Shown here: one piece after another, positions 11,254-22,094 of the stretch
Layout of the letters: the number at the start of each line of letters is the position of its first letter
Position numbering within the stretch: position 1 is the first letter of the stretch
Assembly (NCBI GenBank): GCA_034521815.1
Contig: JAXHLW010000013.1
Location: 416,001-480,000, forward strand
From: Trueperaceae bacterium
GTDB lineage: Bacteria; Deinococcota; Deinococci; Deinococcales; Trueperaceae
DNA: 64,000 nucleotides
Reading direction: 5' to 3'
The notes under the pieces: generated by a model
Database searches by the model: none
What the model was told of the DNA's origin: nothing
What the model saw: only the letters and a program-made list of their open reading frames with translations
Program-made: the position numbers and the translations under genes

Positions 11254-12066
11254 TCACTCCAGCGGCACCGTCGGCCGTCCGAGCGCCGCCAGAAGCGCGC
11301 TCGAGCCGGCTCGAACGGCGGATCCGACGTTCCATGCCGCCTTGTCCCTGACGCCCGCGACGTTGCTGACGCCGCGCACCTGCGCGAACGGTAGTCCCAG
11401 CCGGGCGCACGCCAACGCGGCGCCGGCGCCCTCCATCGACTCGATCGCGGCGCCGGAGCGCGCGGCGCGACTCGCGGCGACGTCCAGGTCGCCGGCGATC
11501 GCGTCGGAGGTCGCGAACGGAACGGGAACGGTGCCGCACGCGCCGGACAGCGCCGAGGTCCAGCCGGGGTCGGTGGGGAAGACCTCGAACAGGTCCCCCC
11601 CACGGTCGCCGCCACGGTCCAGGTCTTCGTACGACCGCCCGCTCGCCGGGACGCGCGGGAGCGGGATCTCGGCGAGACTCGTGATGGTGTCGGTGTACGC
11701 CACGCCGGCGTCGAGATCGGTCTCGGACGCGGCGCAGACCGCGCTGCCGACCGGAACGAACGCGCCCACGTACGCCCCGGCGATGCCGGTCATGAGGCAG
11801 GCGGACGGCCTGAGCGTGGCGGCGAACCAGGCGACGGCCGAGGCCGCCGAGGCCTTGCCCACGCCGCACGCCACCAGCGCCACCGGTCGACGGCGCAGGC
11901 GCCCCGTCCAGGCGACGGGCCAAGCGCTGCCATCGATCGCTCGTGACTCGCGCGTCTCGACCAGGAGGTCGCGCAGCTCCATCTCGGTGGCGGCCACGAT
12001 CAGCAGCGGCGCCTCGTCCGCGTGGGACGGCGACGAAGGCGCGCTCACGGCGGAAGGCGCGCTCAC
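11254..12066 (-). CDS. mqnB: Futalosine hydrolase (nucleoside phosphorylase superfamily)
   Basis: LLIVAATEME, GVGKASAA, GIAGAY, ESMEGAGAA, RGVSNVAGVRDKAAW; GTG start overlaps the upstream stop (GTGA at 12063-12066). Confidence 0.85.
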   Translation of the reverse strand: MSAPSAVSAPSSPSHADEAPLLIVAATEMELRDLLVETRESRAIDGSAWPVAWTGRLRRRPVALVACGVGKASAASAVAWFAATLRPSACLMTGIAGAYVGAFVPVGSAVCAASETDLDAGVAYTDTITSLAEIPLPRVPASGRSYEDLDRGGDRGGDLFEVFPTDPGWTSALSGACGTVPVPFATSDAIAGDLDVAASRAARSGAAIESMEGAGAALACARLGLPFAQVRGVSNVAGVRDKAAWNVGSAVRAGSSALLAALGRPTVPLE

Positions 12067-12767
12067 GGCGTCCGTTCCCAGCGACGGACCGCGACGACGT
12101 CGTCGGCGCTCGCCAGGCGCGCCCAGTAGGCGCGCCGTCCTACCGCGTGGGCCTCGTCCAGGAGGGTCGCGACCAGCGGCTCCGCCTCGCCTCCGCTCAA
12201 CACGATCGTGCGCGCCCCCTCGGTCCGGATCGACACCGCCGCAGCGCGGTCCAGCCCGACGTCGCCGGTGAGGTGAAGCTCCACGTCCGGGTCGTCGCTC
12301 GCGGCAGAGGCCAGCACCGTCGCGAGCGCCTCGGTCAGTGCCGTGCGTTCCTCTTCGGCCGCCTCGGCCTGCAGCGCGGAGTCCACGATGACGGTCGCGA
12401 CGTCGGCGGCGGCGTCCCAGCCGACCGGCGCGCCGTCGTGAACGGTGACGCGGCCGGGTCGCCGCGAGGCGCCCCAGGGATCGGCGATGGCGACCTCCAG
12501 CGTCGGTCGGTAGCCCGCTTCGCGGGCGGTCGGCTCCGCCACGTCCCCGGGCGGCAGCACCAGGGCCGGCCAGGGCGCCGGTGCCTCGCCCAGCTCGGCG
12601 AGGCGCTCCGCCAACGGCAGCCAGGTGGCGTCGGTCAGAGCCAGCGGGAGCGGCGTGCCGGCCAGGTGGCTGCCACCCGCTTCCGGACGCACGTCGGTCG
12701 CCCAGTGGGCGCAGGCGGCGTGGACCGCGCGGAGGTCGTCGCTCCAACGTCCGTCGGGTCCGTCCAC
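12063..12767 (-). CDS. Hypothetical protein between ftsY and mqnB
   Basis: Fills the gap between ftsY and mqnB with tight junctions on both sides; no recognisable motif; start uncertain. Confidence 0.6.
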   Translation of the reverse strand: MDGPDGRWSDDLRAVHAACAHWATDVRPEAGGSHLAGTPLPLALTDATWLPLAERLAELGEAPAPWPALVLPPGDVAEPTAREAGYRPTLEVAIADPWGASRRPGRVTVHDGAPVGWDAAADVATVIVDSALQAEAAEEERTALTEALATVLASAASDDPDVELHLTGDVGLDRAAAVSIRTEGARTIVLSGGEAEPLVATLLDEAHAVGRRAYWARLASADDVVAVRRWERTP

Positions 12768-12772
12768 GAGAC

Positions 12773-13717
12773 TCAGGCGGCCTCGCGTGCCGGCATGTCC
12801 AACAGGGCGCGCACGTAGGCGGCCGCGTCGTACGGCTGCAGGTCCTCCGCGGATTCGCCGACGCCGATGAACTTGATGGGCAGCCCGAGCTCGCGCACGA
12901 TGGGGAGCAGAATGCCTCCCTTTCCGGTGCCGTCGAGCTTCGTGACGATCACGCCGGTGAGCTCCACCGCCTCGTGGAAGCGCTTGGCCTGCTGCAGACC
13001 GTTCTGCCCCGTGACGGCGTCGAGCACCAGCCACACGTCCTTCGGCTCGCCGGGGTCGGCCTTGCCGACGACGCGCCGAACCTTCTTCAGCTCTTCCATC
13101 AGGTTGTGCTGGGTATGGAGACGTCCGGCCGTGTCGACGATCAGCAGGTCGGTCCCCTTGGCTTTCCGGGCCGCGGCCGCGTCGTACGCGACGGCCCCGG
13201 GATCGCCTCCGTCGGGGCCGACGTGCGTGGCGATGCCCAGCCGTTCACCCCAGACGCCGAGCTGGGCGGAGCCGGCGGCGCGGAACGTGTCGCCGGCGGC
13301 GAACCGCACGCTCTTTCCGAGTCGCTGATAGTACTGCCCGAGCTTGGCGATCGTGGTGGTCTTTCCGACGCCGTTGACGCCGACGACCATCACGACGTGC
13401 CCGGCCGGCTCGACGACGTTGCGGCTGACGTCGAGAGCGAACCCGACGCGGCGGAGCTTCTGGCGCATGCGGTCCGGCTCGAGCTGGTCGAGGAGCGCCT
13501 GCTCGAGCGCGTCGCGAAACGGCGCCCCGCCCTCGCGCTGACGCTTCGCTTCTTCGACGACGTCCGACGCGATGCGCGCGCCCACGTCCGCGCCGATCAG
13601 CGCGAACTCGAGGTCGTCCCACTCCATCTCCCAGCTCTTGCCCAGATCTCGCACGTCGGTGGTGAGCACGTCGCGTGTCTTGCCCAGGCCCTGGCGCAGG
13701 CGATCGAACCAGCCCAT
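12773..13717 (-). CDS. ftsY: SRP receptor FtsY (short form without acidic A domain)
   Basis: MGWFDRLRQGLGKTR amphipathic N-terminus, GVNGVGKTTT, DTFRAA, DTAGR, TKLDG, GVGE. Confidence 0.97.
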   Translation of the reverse strand: MGWFDRLRQGLGKTRDVLTTDVRDLGKSWEMEWDDLEFALIGADVGARIASDVVEEAKRQREGGAPFRDALEQALLDQLEPDRMRQKLRRVGFALDVSRNVVEPAGHVVMVVGVNGVGKTTTIAKLGQYYQRLGKSVRFAAGDTFRAAGSAQLGVWGERLGIATHVGPDGGDPGAVAYDAAAARKAKGTDLLIVDTAGRLHTQHNLMEELKKVRRVVGKADPGEPKDVWLVLDAVTGQNGLQQAKRFHEAVELTGVIVTKLDGTGKGGILLPIVRELGLPIKFIGVGESAEDLQPYDAAAYVRALLDMPAREAA

Positions 13718-15318
13718 CAGCTATCGGGTCCGCTCCGGCCGGGTCCGCTCCGGCCACTGCCGCTCCGCTTCGCGTCGCTCTCGGCGCCGCTCGTCGCGGC
13801 GGCGTCGACGTTCTCCTCCGGACGGTTCTCCTCCGGACGGTTCTCCTCCGACGTGGGCCGATCGTCCGGCAGGGCGGCGGTCATCTCCGAGAGCGCACGG
13901 CCGATGCGCCGAAGCACGCGCTCGCGCCCCAGAATGACGACCAGGTCGGTCACCGAGGGCGCCTGCGTGGTGCCCGTCAGCGCGGCTCGCATCGGCATGA
14001 GCACCTGAGGCTTCTTGATCTCGCGCGAGCGGACGTAGTCGTCGAGCAGGTCGTCGACCGCGTCCTCGTCGAAGAAGTCCAGCATCGAGAACGCCCGCTC
14101 GAGGTCTTCGAGCGCCTGCTGGCCTGCGGCGATCCGCTTGCGAGCCTCGTCGGAGATCGCGAAGTCGTCGGTCCAGAAGTAGCCGCTCTGCTCGGCGATG
14201 TCGTTCACGGTCTCGGCCCTGGGCCGCAACACGTCGACGACGTCGAGCAGGTAGTCCTCGTCGTCGCCGTCGTAGCCGGCCTCCTTCAGCGCCGGCTCGG
14301 CCCGGTCGGCGATCTCCTCGAGCGGCAGGATCTCGCGCAGGTAGCGGGCGTTCACGTGCCGCAGCTTGCGGAGGTCGAACACCGGTCCGCCCAGCGAGAT
14401 GCGTTCCGGATCGAAGACCGCCACCATCTCGTCGAGCGTGAAGATCTCTCGACCGTCCGGCATGCTCCAGCCCATGGTCGCCAGGAAGTTCAGAAGCGCC
14501 TCGGGCAGGATGCCCTGACGGCGATACGAGTCCACGCTGGTGTCGAGCTTGCGCTTGCTGATCTTCGTCTTGTTCGCGTCGGGGTTGCGCAGCAACGGGA
14601 GGTGGATGAAGACCGGCAGCTCCCACTCGAGCGCCCGGTAGAGGAGAACGTGGATCGGCGTGCTGGTGACCCACTCCTCGGCCCGCATGACGTGCGTGAC
14701 CTCCATGGCGCGATCGTCCACCACGTTCGCGAAGTGGTAGGTCGGGTAGCCGTCGCTCTTGACCAGGACGGGATCTTTGATCTCCGCATTGGGGATGGCG
14801 ATCTGGCCCCGCAGCAGGTCGACGAACGCCGTATCGCCGTCGTCCGGCGTGCGCAGGCGGATCACGTGCGGCTCGCCCGCGGCCGCCCGCCGCTCCTGCT
14901 CCGGGACGGGCACGTCGCGGCCCCGCCCGTCGTAGCCCAGCGGCTGACCGCGCCGCTGCTGATCCGCCCGCATCGCCGCGAGCTCCTCCTCGCTCTCGAA
15001 CGCGCGGTACGCGCCACCCGAGGCGAGCAGCCTGTCGGCATGCTCACGGTACAGGTCCAAGCGCTCGCTCTGGCGATACGGTCCGTTCGGGCCGCCCACG
15101 CCGGGACCCTCGTCGGGCGCGATGCCGAGCCACTCGAACATCTCGAGGATGCGGAGCTCGGAGGCGGCGTCGTAGCGCTCGCGATCGGTGTCTTCGAGGC
15201 GGAACACGAAGCGACCGCCGTGACGCTTGGCGAAGGCGTAGTTGAACAAGCCCACGTAGGCCGTGCCGACGTGGGGGTCTCCGGTGGGGGATGGAGCGAT
15301 GCGGGTCACGACGTTCAT
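13717..15318 (-). CDS. gltX: Glutamate--tRNA ligase
   Basis: TRIAPSPTGDPHVGT (HIGH-like), RLEDTD, YHFANVVDD, KISKR; low-complexity repeat tail. Confidence 0.96.
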   Translation of the reverse strand: MNVVTRIAPSPTGDPHVGTAYVGLFNYAFAKRHGGRFVFRLEDTDRERYDAASELRILEMFEWLGIAPDEGPGVGGPNGPYRQSERLDLYREHADRLLASGGAYRAFESEEELAAMRADQQRRGQPLGYDGRGRDVPVPEQERRAAAGEPHVIRLRTPDDGDTAFVDLLRGQIAIPNAEIKDPVLVKSDGYPTYHFANVVDDRAMEVTHVMRAEEWVTSTPIHVLLYRALEWELPVFIHLPLLRNPDANKTKISKRKLDTSVDSYRRQGILPEALLNFLATMGWSMPDGREIFTLDEMVAVFDPERISLGGPVFDLRKLRHVNARYLREILPLEEIADRAEPALKEAGYDGDDEDYLLDVVDVLRPRAETVNDIAEQSGYFWTDDFAISDEARKRIAAGQQALEDLERAFSMLDFFDEDAVDDLLDDYVRSREIKKPQVLMPMRAALTGTTQAPSVTDLVVILGRERVLRRIGRALSEMTAALPDDRPTSEENRPEENRPEENVDAAATSGAESDAKRSGSGRSGPGRSGPDS

Positions 15319-15394
15319 GGCGCGGTCTCCTTCTCGGCGATCGATGATAGCCCGGTTCGGGAACGTTCCCGGTCGTCGGGCCTGCGACGGGGCT

Positions 15395-16204
15395 TCAGGT
15401 GACGGCCAGGCGGAGCAGCGTCAGGGCGGACACGGTCCACAAGTAGGGCGCGAACCAGCGGAAGCGCCCCTTCTTCAGCAGCCGAAACAGCCAGATCAAC
15501 GCCAGCCACCCGGTCACGAACGACGCCAGCGTCATCCAGCCCACCGCGCGCCAGCCCAGCTCGGCGTCGCGAACCTCGGTGAAGCCCAGCACGGCGACGC
15601 CGGCAGAGGCGACGAGGTAGAGCAGGAACGACAGACGGGCCGCCAGCGCCGCGTCGACGTCGCGCCAGAGCAACGCCGAGATCGTGCTGCCCGAGCGGCT
15701 GATGCCGGGCACGACGGCCAAGCCTTGCGCCGTCCCGGCGAGCAGCGCGTCGCGCCAGCCCAGGTCCTGACTTTCGCGGCGCGCGCCTCTCGTGGGCGCC
15801 GTCCACAGGATCAGGCCGGTCACCGCCAGCGCGAACGCGACGGGGAGAGGCGCGTTCAGGTGCTCGAACACGCCCCTGAGCCCAAGTCCGATCAGCGCGG
15901 TCGGGACCGAGCCGATGATCACCAGCCACGCCAGTCGCCAGCCGTCCTGCTGGCGAGCCTCGGCCGAGACCAGGCCGCGCACGAAGCCGCTGGCCGCCAT
16001 CCAGACGTCGGCACGGAGGGCGATCAGGACGGCGAGGAACGTGCCGGTGTTGGTCGCGATGTCGACCGCCAGCTCCAGCGACTCGCCCTCGGCTTGGAAA
16101 CCGAACCAGGTCGCGGCCAGGACCAGATGTCCGGAGCTGGAGATCGGCAGGAACTCGGTGAGTCCCTGCACGATGCCGAGGATGAGGGCCTGGAGATCGG
16201 CCAC
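15395..16204 (-). CDS. uppP: Undecaprenyl-diphosphatase BacA/UppP
   Basis: GIVQGLTEFLPISSSGHL and PGISRSGSTI motifs; multiple TM segments. Confidence 0.95.
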   Translation of the reverse strand: MADLQALILGIVQGLTEFLPISSSGHLVLAATWFGFQAEGESLELAVDIATNTGTFLAVLIALRADVWMAASGFVRGLVSAEARQQDGWRLAWLVIIGSVPTALIGLGLRGVFEHLNAPLPVAFALAVTGLILWTAPTRGARRESQDLGWRDALLAGTAQGLAVVPGISRSGSTISALLWRDVDAALAARLSFLLYLVASAGVAVLGFTEVRDAELGWRAVGWMTLASFVTGWLALIWLFRLLKKGRFRWFAPYLWTVSALTLLRLAVT

Positions 16205-16240
16205 GTTCGCGTCCTTCCTGCAACGGTCCTGCCCGAACGA

Positions 16241-16271
16241 GAAACAGGCCGGTGGCGGGCCACCGGCCTGT
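16241..16271 (-). terminator. Intrinsic terminator after rpsI
   Basis: ACAGGCCGGTGG/CCACCGGCCTGT stem followed by TTTCT on the minus strand. Confidence 0.7.
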
Positions 16272-16293
16272 CGTTACCGACGGGGCGTCGCGC

Positions 16294-16679
<386 letters not shown>

Positions 16680-16683
<4 letters not shown>

Positions 16684-17105
16684 CGGACCTCCAAGGCCTT
16701 GGGCTGCTGAGCCTGATGCGGGTGCACGTCGCCGGCGTAGACCTTCAGGCGACGGATCAGCTTCCGGCCCAGCCGGTTCTTCGGGAGCATGCCCCAGACG
16801 GCGTGCTCGAGCACGCGTTCGGGGTGCTTGGCCAGCATCTCGCGGGCCGGGACTTCCTTGAGGCCGCCCTGGTAGCCGCTGTAGCGGGTGTAGATCTTCT
16901 GATCGAGCTTCGCACCGGTGAACACGACCTTCTCGGCGTTGATCACGATGACGAAGTCGCCGCCCGATTGGTTCGGCGTGTAGGTCGGCTTGTGCTTGCC
17001 GCGGAGGACCTGAGCCAAGCGCGTCGCGAGCCGTCCGACGGTCTGGCCGTCGGCGTCGATCACGACCCAGTCGTTCTCGGTCTCCTTGGGGAAGTAGGTC
17101 TTCAC
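16680..17105 (-). CDS. rplM: 50S ribosomal protein L13
   Basis: [40 protein letters not shown]; start GTG at 17105 (KTYFPK) or 17114. Confidence 0.98.
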
Positions 17106-17323
17106 GGTCGTCACGTCCTTCGGATGTGCGCACGGTCGTTCGCTTCGCGCACGTTGGTTCGCATTCGGTTCGTTCGTTTCGAGGTCACGTCGATGATCGG
17201 GGGATCGTCACGCGAAAAGCCAAAAGGGACTTTAGCACGCCCGCTCCGCTGCAACAAGGCCGTGCGATCGCCCGGGCCCCGGCGTGCCCGCCACGTCACC
17301 GCCGCCCGTCAGGCGCGCGGGGC

Positions 17324-17875
17324 TCACGAGCCGGACGGAGGCTCGCCGGAGCCGCCATCGTCGGCGGGCTCGTCGTCCCCTGCCGCGTCGTCCCCTGCCG
17401 CGTCGTCCACGGCGTCGCTGGGCGGCGTCGCGACCGGGCCGCCGAGCTGGCGGATCTCCTCGATGAACCGGTCGACCGAGTCGAAGTCGCGGTACACGCT
17501 GAGGAAGCGGATGTAGGCCACGTCGTCGAGCGACTTCAGGAACGCCAAGGCTCGTCGGCCGATCTCGTCCGCGTCGATCCGTGCCGTCTGGACCTCGTCC
17601 TCGAAGCCGTACGCGAACTCGCGCAGCTGCTTTTCGGTGACGGGGCGCTTCGTCGTCGCGACGCGCAGCTTGCCGAGAAGCTTGTCGGGCTGGAACGCCT
17701 CGAGCCGTCCCGACCGCTTGCGCACCATCAGCGCTTCGAGCTGGGTCCGCTCGTACGTCGTGAAGCGCCGGTGGCACGCGTCGCACTCCCGCCGGCGTCG
17801 GATCGCGTGCCCCTCGTCGGAGGGCCGCGAGTTCACCACCCGCGTCTCGGTGGACGAGCAGTACGGACACTTCAC
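17324..17875 (-). CDS. nrdR: Transcriptional repressor NrdR
   Basis: MKCPYC...RRRRECDAC zinc ribbon, RFTTYER, ATP-cone, VAYIRFLSVYR. Confidence 0.97.
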   Translation of the reverse strand: MKCPYCSSTETRVVNSRPSDEGHAIRRRRECDACHRRFTTYERTQLEALMVRKRSGRLEAFQPDKLLGKLRVATTKRPVTEKQLREFAYGFEDEVQTARIDADEIGRRALAFLKSLDDVAYIRFLSVYRDFDSVDRFIEEIRQLGGPVATPPSDAVDDAAGDDAAGDDEPADDGGSGEPPSGS

Positions 17876-17950
17876 CTCGGGCCTCTCACGTCGCGGCTCT
17901 CACGTCGCGCCTCGCACGTCGGTCTTCTCACGTCGTGCCGCCGCGGCGCC

Positions 17951-18841
17951 TCACCAGGCGTCACGCGGTCGGTACGGCGGAAGGTCGATGAGGTCGGACG
18001 TGTCGTCACCGTCGTCCGTATCGCGGCGCCGCCGCCCTTCGCTGGACGCGTCGTCGCCGTCGTCGCTGTCGTCGTCGCCATCGGCGTCGTCGTCGGCCTC
18101 GCCCTGCTCGGACCACATCTCCGCCTCGAGATCGTCCTGGCGGACCCGATCGTCCAGCGCTGCCTGAATCTCGGGCAGCAACCGTTCCACCACGCGGGGA
18201 GGCGGCGGGAGGTCCACCGCGAGCTCCAAGCCGCGTATCCCTTCGGCGTCCTCGCCCCCCAGAAACAGCACCGTGTCCACCAGACGTGCGTCGTGGACGG
18301 GATCGGATGCGCTCCTCGAGGGGACGACGACGTTCACCCGGAGCGCGTCGGAGCGCGCGCCGAACGCAGCGGCGAGCCTGGCCAGTCCGCCACGGACCAT
18401 GGCGTTCTGCGGCGCGTCGGCGGAGGCGGGCGGAGCGACGATCACGATCCAGCTCCGCTCCAGCGATCTCGCGGCGGTTCGCAGCAGGAGCTGACTGCTC
18501 CTGAGCGTGTCGTCGACGAGCTCGGTGAACTCGTTGTCGGTCAGCGCCAGCGGGCTCGCCGAGCTGGACCGCGAGGCGACGTGGACGACGCCTTCGAGTC
18601 GGCCGAACAGCTCGTCGATCTTCGCGAACGCATGGCGTACGTCCATGCCGACGGTGACGTCGATCTGGATCGGAATCGCTTGCCCGCCGTTCTCCTCGAT
18701 CTCGGCGGCCGTCTTGGACGCGAGCTCCACGTCCCGGTCGGCGCAGACCACGTCGTAGCCGGCACGGCCCCAGCCGAGCGCGACGGCTCGCCCGAATCCC
18801 TGTCCGACACCCGTGACCAGCACGACTCCACCTCGCGGCAT
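17951..18841 (-). CDS. SDR-fold protein lacking the YxxxK catalytic motif, with acidic C-terminal tail
   Basis: VLVTGVGQGFGRAVA Rossmann motif, FGRLEGVVHVA, LRVNVVVP; NAMVR occupies the YxxxK position; ATG 6 nt after TATCGT. Confidence 0.8.
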   Translation of the reverse strand: MPRGGVVLVTGVGQGFGRAVALGWGRAGYDVVCADRDVELASKTAAEIEENGGQAIPIQIDVTVGMDVRHAFAKIDELFGRLEGVVHVASRSSSASPLALTDNEFTELVDDTLRSSQLLLRTAARSLERSWIVIVAPPASADAPQNAMVRGGLARLAAAFGARSDALRVNVVVPSRSASDPVHDARLVDTVLFLGGEDAEGIRGLELAVDLPPPPRVVERLLPEIQAALDDRVRQDDLEAEMWSEQGEADDDADGDDDSDDGDDASSEGRRRRDTDDGDDTSDLIDLPPYRPRDAW

Positions 18842-18960
18842 GCGGTCACGATACACCGCGCTCTCAGCGTCACCGCCTCCGGCCGAGCGTGGCCCTAGGG
18901 CGGCCCGGGTGCGCCGCGCCGCGGCGGCTCTGGTAGGCTCGGCGCCGGAAGGAGCCCGCC

Positions 18961-19416
18961 ATGCCCCGACGCGACGATGCGCGCGAGCCGTACAGCTACG
19001 TCGATGCCGAGACGACCGTCGAGGGCACCCTCGTCGCCGGCGCGCGTCTGCGCGTGGACGGACGCGTACGTGCCGAGGTGCGGGTCGACGGCGTGCTCGA
19101 GGTCGCTCCGGGCGGGCGGATCGAGATCGGGCCCGTCCGCGCAGGCGACGTCAGGATCGCGGGCGCGATTCTTGCCGACGTGCAGGCGACGGGCACCGTC
19201 GAGGTCTGGAACGGCGCCCGGCTCGAGGGCGACGTCCGTGCGGCTTCATTGGACATCGAGGAGGGCGCCACGTTCCTGGGTCGCAGCCTCTCGGCCGAGG
19301 CCGAGGTCGAAGCCGATTCGGAGGCGCCGGTGCGCAGCGCGATCGACGCCTCGGCGGGCGACACCGCCAGCGAGTCGGGCCTGGATCGCGAGCCGGATCC
19401 GGATCCGACGCGGTGA
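18961..19416 (+). CDS. Bactofilin (polymer-forming cytoskeletal protein, CcmA family)
   Basis: Beta-helix pattern TTVEGTL...LRVDGRV...LEGDVRAASLDIEEGATFLGR; GGAG SD. Confidence 0.88.
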   Translation: MPRRDDAREPYSYVDAETTVEGTLVAGARLRVDGRVRAEVRVDGVLEVAPGGRIEIGPVRAGDVRIAGAILADVQATGTVEVWNGARLEGDVRAASLDIEEGATFLGRSLSAEAEVEADSEAPVRSAIDASAGDTASESGLDREPDPDPTR

Positions 19417-19536
19417 GGGAGGGGACGAGCGACGCGGAGGCTCGCGCGGCGCGCCTGCTAGAATGCCGCGGGACGTGGCCTGTCGCACCGGATCGCGCGA
19501 GATCCTGCCGACGTCCCTGGACCGGAGGGAGATGCC

Positions 19537-20424
19537 GTGGCGCTTGAGCGTTGGTTCCGCAGGAGTCGGCCGACTCGCAGCGACGACGACACGAGCCCCG
19601 CCGGCTTGTGGCTCAAGTGCGAGAGCTGTTCGGCGCAGATCTACCGCAAGGACCTCGTCGCGAATCTCTACCTCTGTCCCGAGTGCGGCCATCACTACCG
19701 CATGCCGGTCGACGCGCGGATCGCGTCGTTGGCGGACGAGGGCACGTTCGAGCGCTGGTCGGGACGGCTGGCGCCGACCGACCCGTTGGAGTTCGTCGAC
19801 ACCGAGCCGTACCCCGAGCGCATGGAGCGCGTGCAGCAGAAGCAGGGACGCCCCGACGCCATCGTCTCGGGCGCGGCGTCGCTGAACGGCGAGCCTATCG
19901 CGCTGGTGGTGATGGACTTCTTCTTCGCCGGTGGCTCGATGGGCTCGGTCGTCGGCGAGGAGATCGCGCGCGCGGCGGAACGCGCCGCCGCGGAGGACCG
20001 GTCGCTGGTCGTGATCACCGCGTCCGGTGGCGCGCGCATGCAAGAGGGCGCGCTGAGCCTGATGCAGATGGCGAAGACGACGGTCGCGCTCGAGGAGCTG
20101 ACGGAGCGCCGTCTCCCGTTCGTGTCGGTGCTCACCGACCCGACGACGGGCGGCGTGACCGCGTCGTTCGCCACCCTGGGCGACGTCATCCTGGCCGAGC
20201 CGCACGCGCTGATCTGTTTCGCCGGGCCACGTGTGATCCAGCAGACGATCAAGCAGGACCTGCCCGAGGGATTCCAACGCGCGGAGTTCCTGCTCAAGAA
20301 GGGCATGCTGGACGACGTGGTGCCGCGCGACCGGTTGAAGGAGGCGCTGGGGACGACCCTGCGCCTGCTGCGTGGTGGCGCCAAGGTGTCCGAGCCCGAG
20401 GAGTCGCATGTCGCTACCGTTTGA
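19537..20424 (+). CDS. accD: Acetyl-CoA carboxylase carboxyltransferase beta subunit
   Basis: GLWLKCESC...CPEC zinc finger, [38 protein letters not shown]. Confidence 0.97.
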   Translation: MALERWFRRSRPTRSDDDTSPAGLWLKCESCSAQIYRKDLVANLYLCPECGHHYRMPVDARIASLADEGTFERWSGRLAPTDPLEFVDTEPYPERMERVQQKQGRPDAIVSGAASLNGEPIALVVMDFFFAGGSMGSVVGEEIARAAERAAAEDRSLVVITASGGARMQEGALSLMQMAKTTVALEELTERRLPFVSVLTDPTTGGVTASFATLGDVILAEPHALICFAGPRVIQQTIKQDLPEGFQRAEFLLKKGMLDDVVPRDRLKEALGTTLRLLRGGAKVSEPEESHVATV

Positions 20425-21370
20425 GAAGCCGATCCTCGACCTCGAGGCGAAGATCCGCGACATGCGGACGTACGCCGAGGAGCAGGAGATGGACCTCGCC
20501 GAGGAGATCGCGCTGCTCGAGGCCCGTCTGGAGAGGCTCAAGGCGCAGACGTTCGAGAGGCTCACGCGCTGGCAGCGCGTGCAGGTCGCTCGGGCGGCGG
20601 GGCGACCCACCGGGTTGGATTACGTCGCTCACGTGTTCGAAGGGTTTCGCGAGCTGCACGGCGATCGGACCCTTGGCGACGATCCGGCGGTCGTGACCGG
20701 CTTGGCGGAGCTGGGGGGCGAAAGCCTGGTGGTGATCGCGCAACAGAAGGGTCGCGACACGAAGGAGAACATCCACCGCAACTTCGGCATGAGCCATCCG
20801 AGCGGGTACCGCAAGGCGATGCGGATGTTCGACCTGGCGGACAAGTTCGGCTTGCCGGTCGTCACGCTGATCGACACCCCGGGCGCCTACCCCGGCATCG
20901 CGGCCGAAGAGCAGGGTCAGGCGTGGGTGATCGCGGCCTCGATCCAGCGCATGAGCCGCCTTCGGGTGCCCGCGATCGCCGTGGTCATCGGGGAGGGCGG
21001 CTCGGGCGGCGCGTTGGCCATCGGCGTGGCCAACCGGGTGCTGATCCTCGAGAACGCGACCTACTCGGTGATCAGCCCGGAGTCGTGCGCGGCCATCTTG
21101 TGGCGCGACGCGGCCGAGGCGCCCAGGGCGGCCGAGGCGCTGAAGCTCACCGCCCGCGATCTGCGCGAGCTCGAGATCGTCGATCGCGTGATCGACGAGC
21201 CGATCGGCGGCGCCCACCGCGATCCGGCGGCCGCCATGGACGCCGTCGGCGTCGCGCTGCGTGCCGAGCTCGACGCGCTGCGAGGCTCGACCCCGGAAGA
21301 CCTGCTCCGTGGACGGCGAGCGCGCTTCCGGCGCCTCGGCCGGTTCGTCGAGATCGACGCCGCCGCCTGA
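20408..21370 (+). CDS. accA: Acetyl-CoA carboxylase carboxyltransferase alpha subunit
   Basis: [43 protein letters not shown]. Confidence 0.97.
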   Translation: MSLPFEKPILDLEAKIRDMRTYAEEQEMDLAEEIALLEARLERLKAQTFERLTRWQRVQVARAAGRPTGLDYVAHVFEGFRELHGDRTLGDDPAVVTGLAELGGESLVVIAQQKGRDTKENIHRNFGMSHPSGYRKAMRMFDLADKFGLPVVTLIDTPGAYPGIAAEEQGQAWVIAASIQRMSRLRVPAIAVVIGEGGSGGALAIGVANRVLILENATYSVISPESCAAILWRDAAEAPRAAEALKLTARDLRELEIVDRVIDEPIGGAHRDPAAAMDAVGVALRAELDALRGSTPEDLLRGRRARFRRLGRFVEIDAAA

Positions 21371-21395
21371 GCGTGCGGACGTGGGGGCGCGGGAG

Positions 21396-22094
21396 CTAGC
21401 GGGCGGACGTAGGTCGCGCCGCGTCGTCGCCCAGGCCCTGAATCGCAGCGCTCCGAAGCGCCTCGAACCGTTCGGCGATGTCGCCGTCCCCTGCGAACAG
21501 GGCGCTGCCCGCCACCAGCACGTCGGCGCCCGAGGCCGCCGCCAAGCCGGCGGTCGTCGTGTTCACGCCGCCGTCCACCTGCACGAGCGTCTGGGGCTTC
21601 GTGGCGTCGCGCCAGTCGCGGACCGTGCGGAGCCGGGCGTCGCTACCCTCGATCCACGATTGACCGCCGAACCCGGGATCGACGCTCATGATCAGGATCA
21701 GGTCCAGCAGCGGAAGCGCGTCTTCGACGACAGCGAGGGGCGTGAGAGGGTTGAGGGCCAGGCCGGTGCGTACCCCGCGTGCGCGGATCCGATCCAGCGT
21801 GCGGTGGAGGTGCGGCTCGACCTCGGCGTGCACCGTGATCAGGTCCGCGCCGGCGTCCGCGAACGGGTCGATCCAATCAGCAGCGCGGCTCACCATCAGA
21901 TGGACGTCCAACGTCGCGTCGGTCACGCGACGGCACGCGGCCACGACCGAAGGGCCGAACGTCAGGTTCGGTACGAACGCTCCGTCCATCACGTCCAGAT
22001 GGAACCAGTCCGCACCGGCGGCTTCGGCCTCCTGGATCTGGTCGGCGAGGTGCGCGGCGTCGGCCGCGAGCAGGGACGGGGCGATGCGGATCAT
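21396..22094 (-). CDS. rpe: Ribulose-phosphate 3-epimerase
   Basis: IAPSLL, HLDVMDGAFVPNLTFG, DVHLM, MSVDPGFGGQ, VDGG. Confidence 0.96.
   Translation of the reverse strand: MIRIAPSLLAADAAHLADQIQEAEAAGADWFHLDVMDGAFVPNLTFGPSVVAACRRVTDATLDVHLMVSRAADWIDPFADAGADLITVHAEVEPHLHRTLDRIRARGVRTGLALNPLTPLAVVEDALPLLDLILIMSVDPGFGGQSWIEGSDARLRTVRDWRDATKPQTLVQVDGGVNTTTAGLAAASGADVLVAGSALFAGDGDIAERFEALRSAAIQGLGDDAARPTSAR

Noticed and set aside
12067..12747. Apparent long N-terminal extension of mqnB (similar extensions on rpsI, leuB, ilvD, ispD, the second phnE, PASTA and DUF4258 ORFs)
   Set aside because: The extensions overlap bona fide neighbouring genes in another frame or strand; the true starts are at overlap junctions or SD/-10-supported codons.
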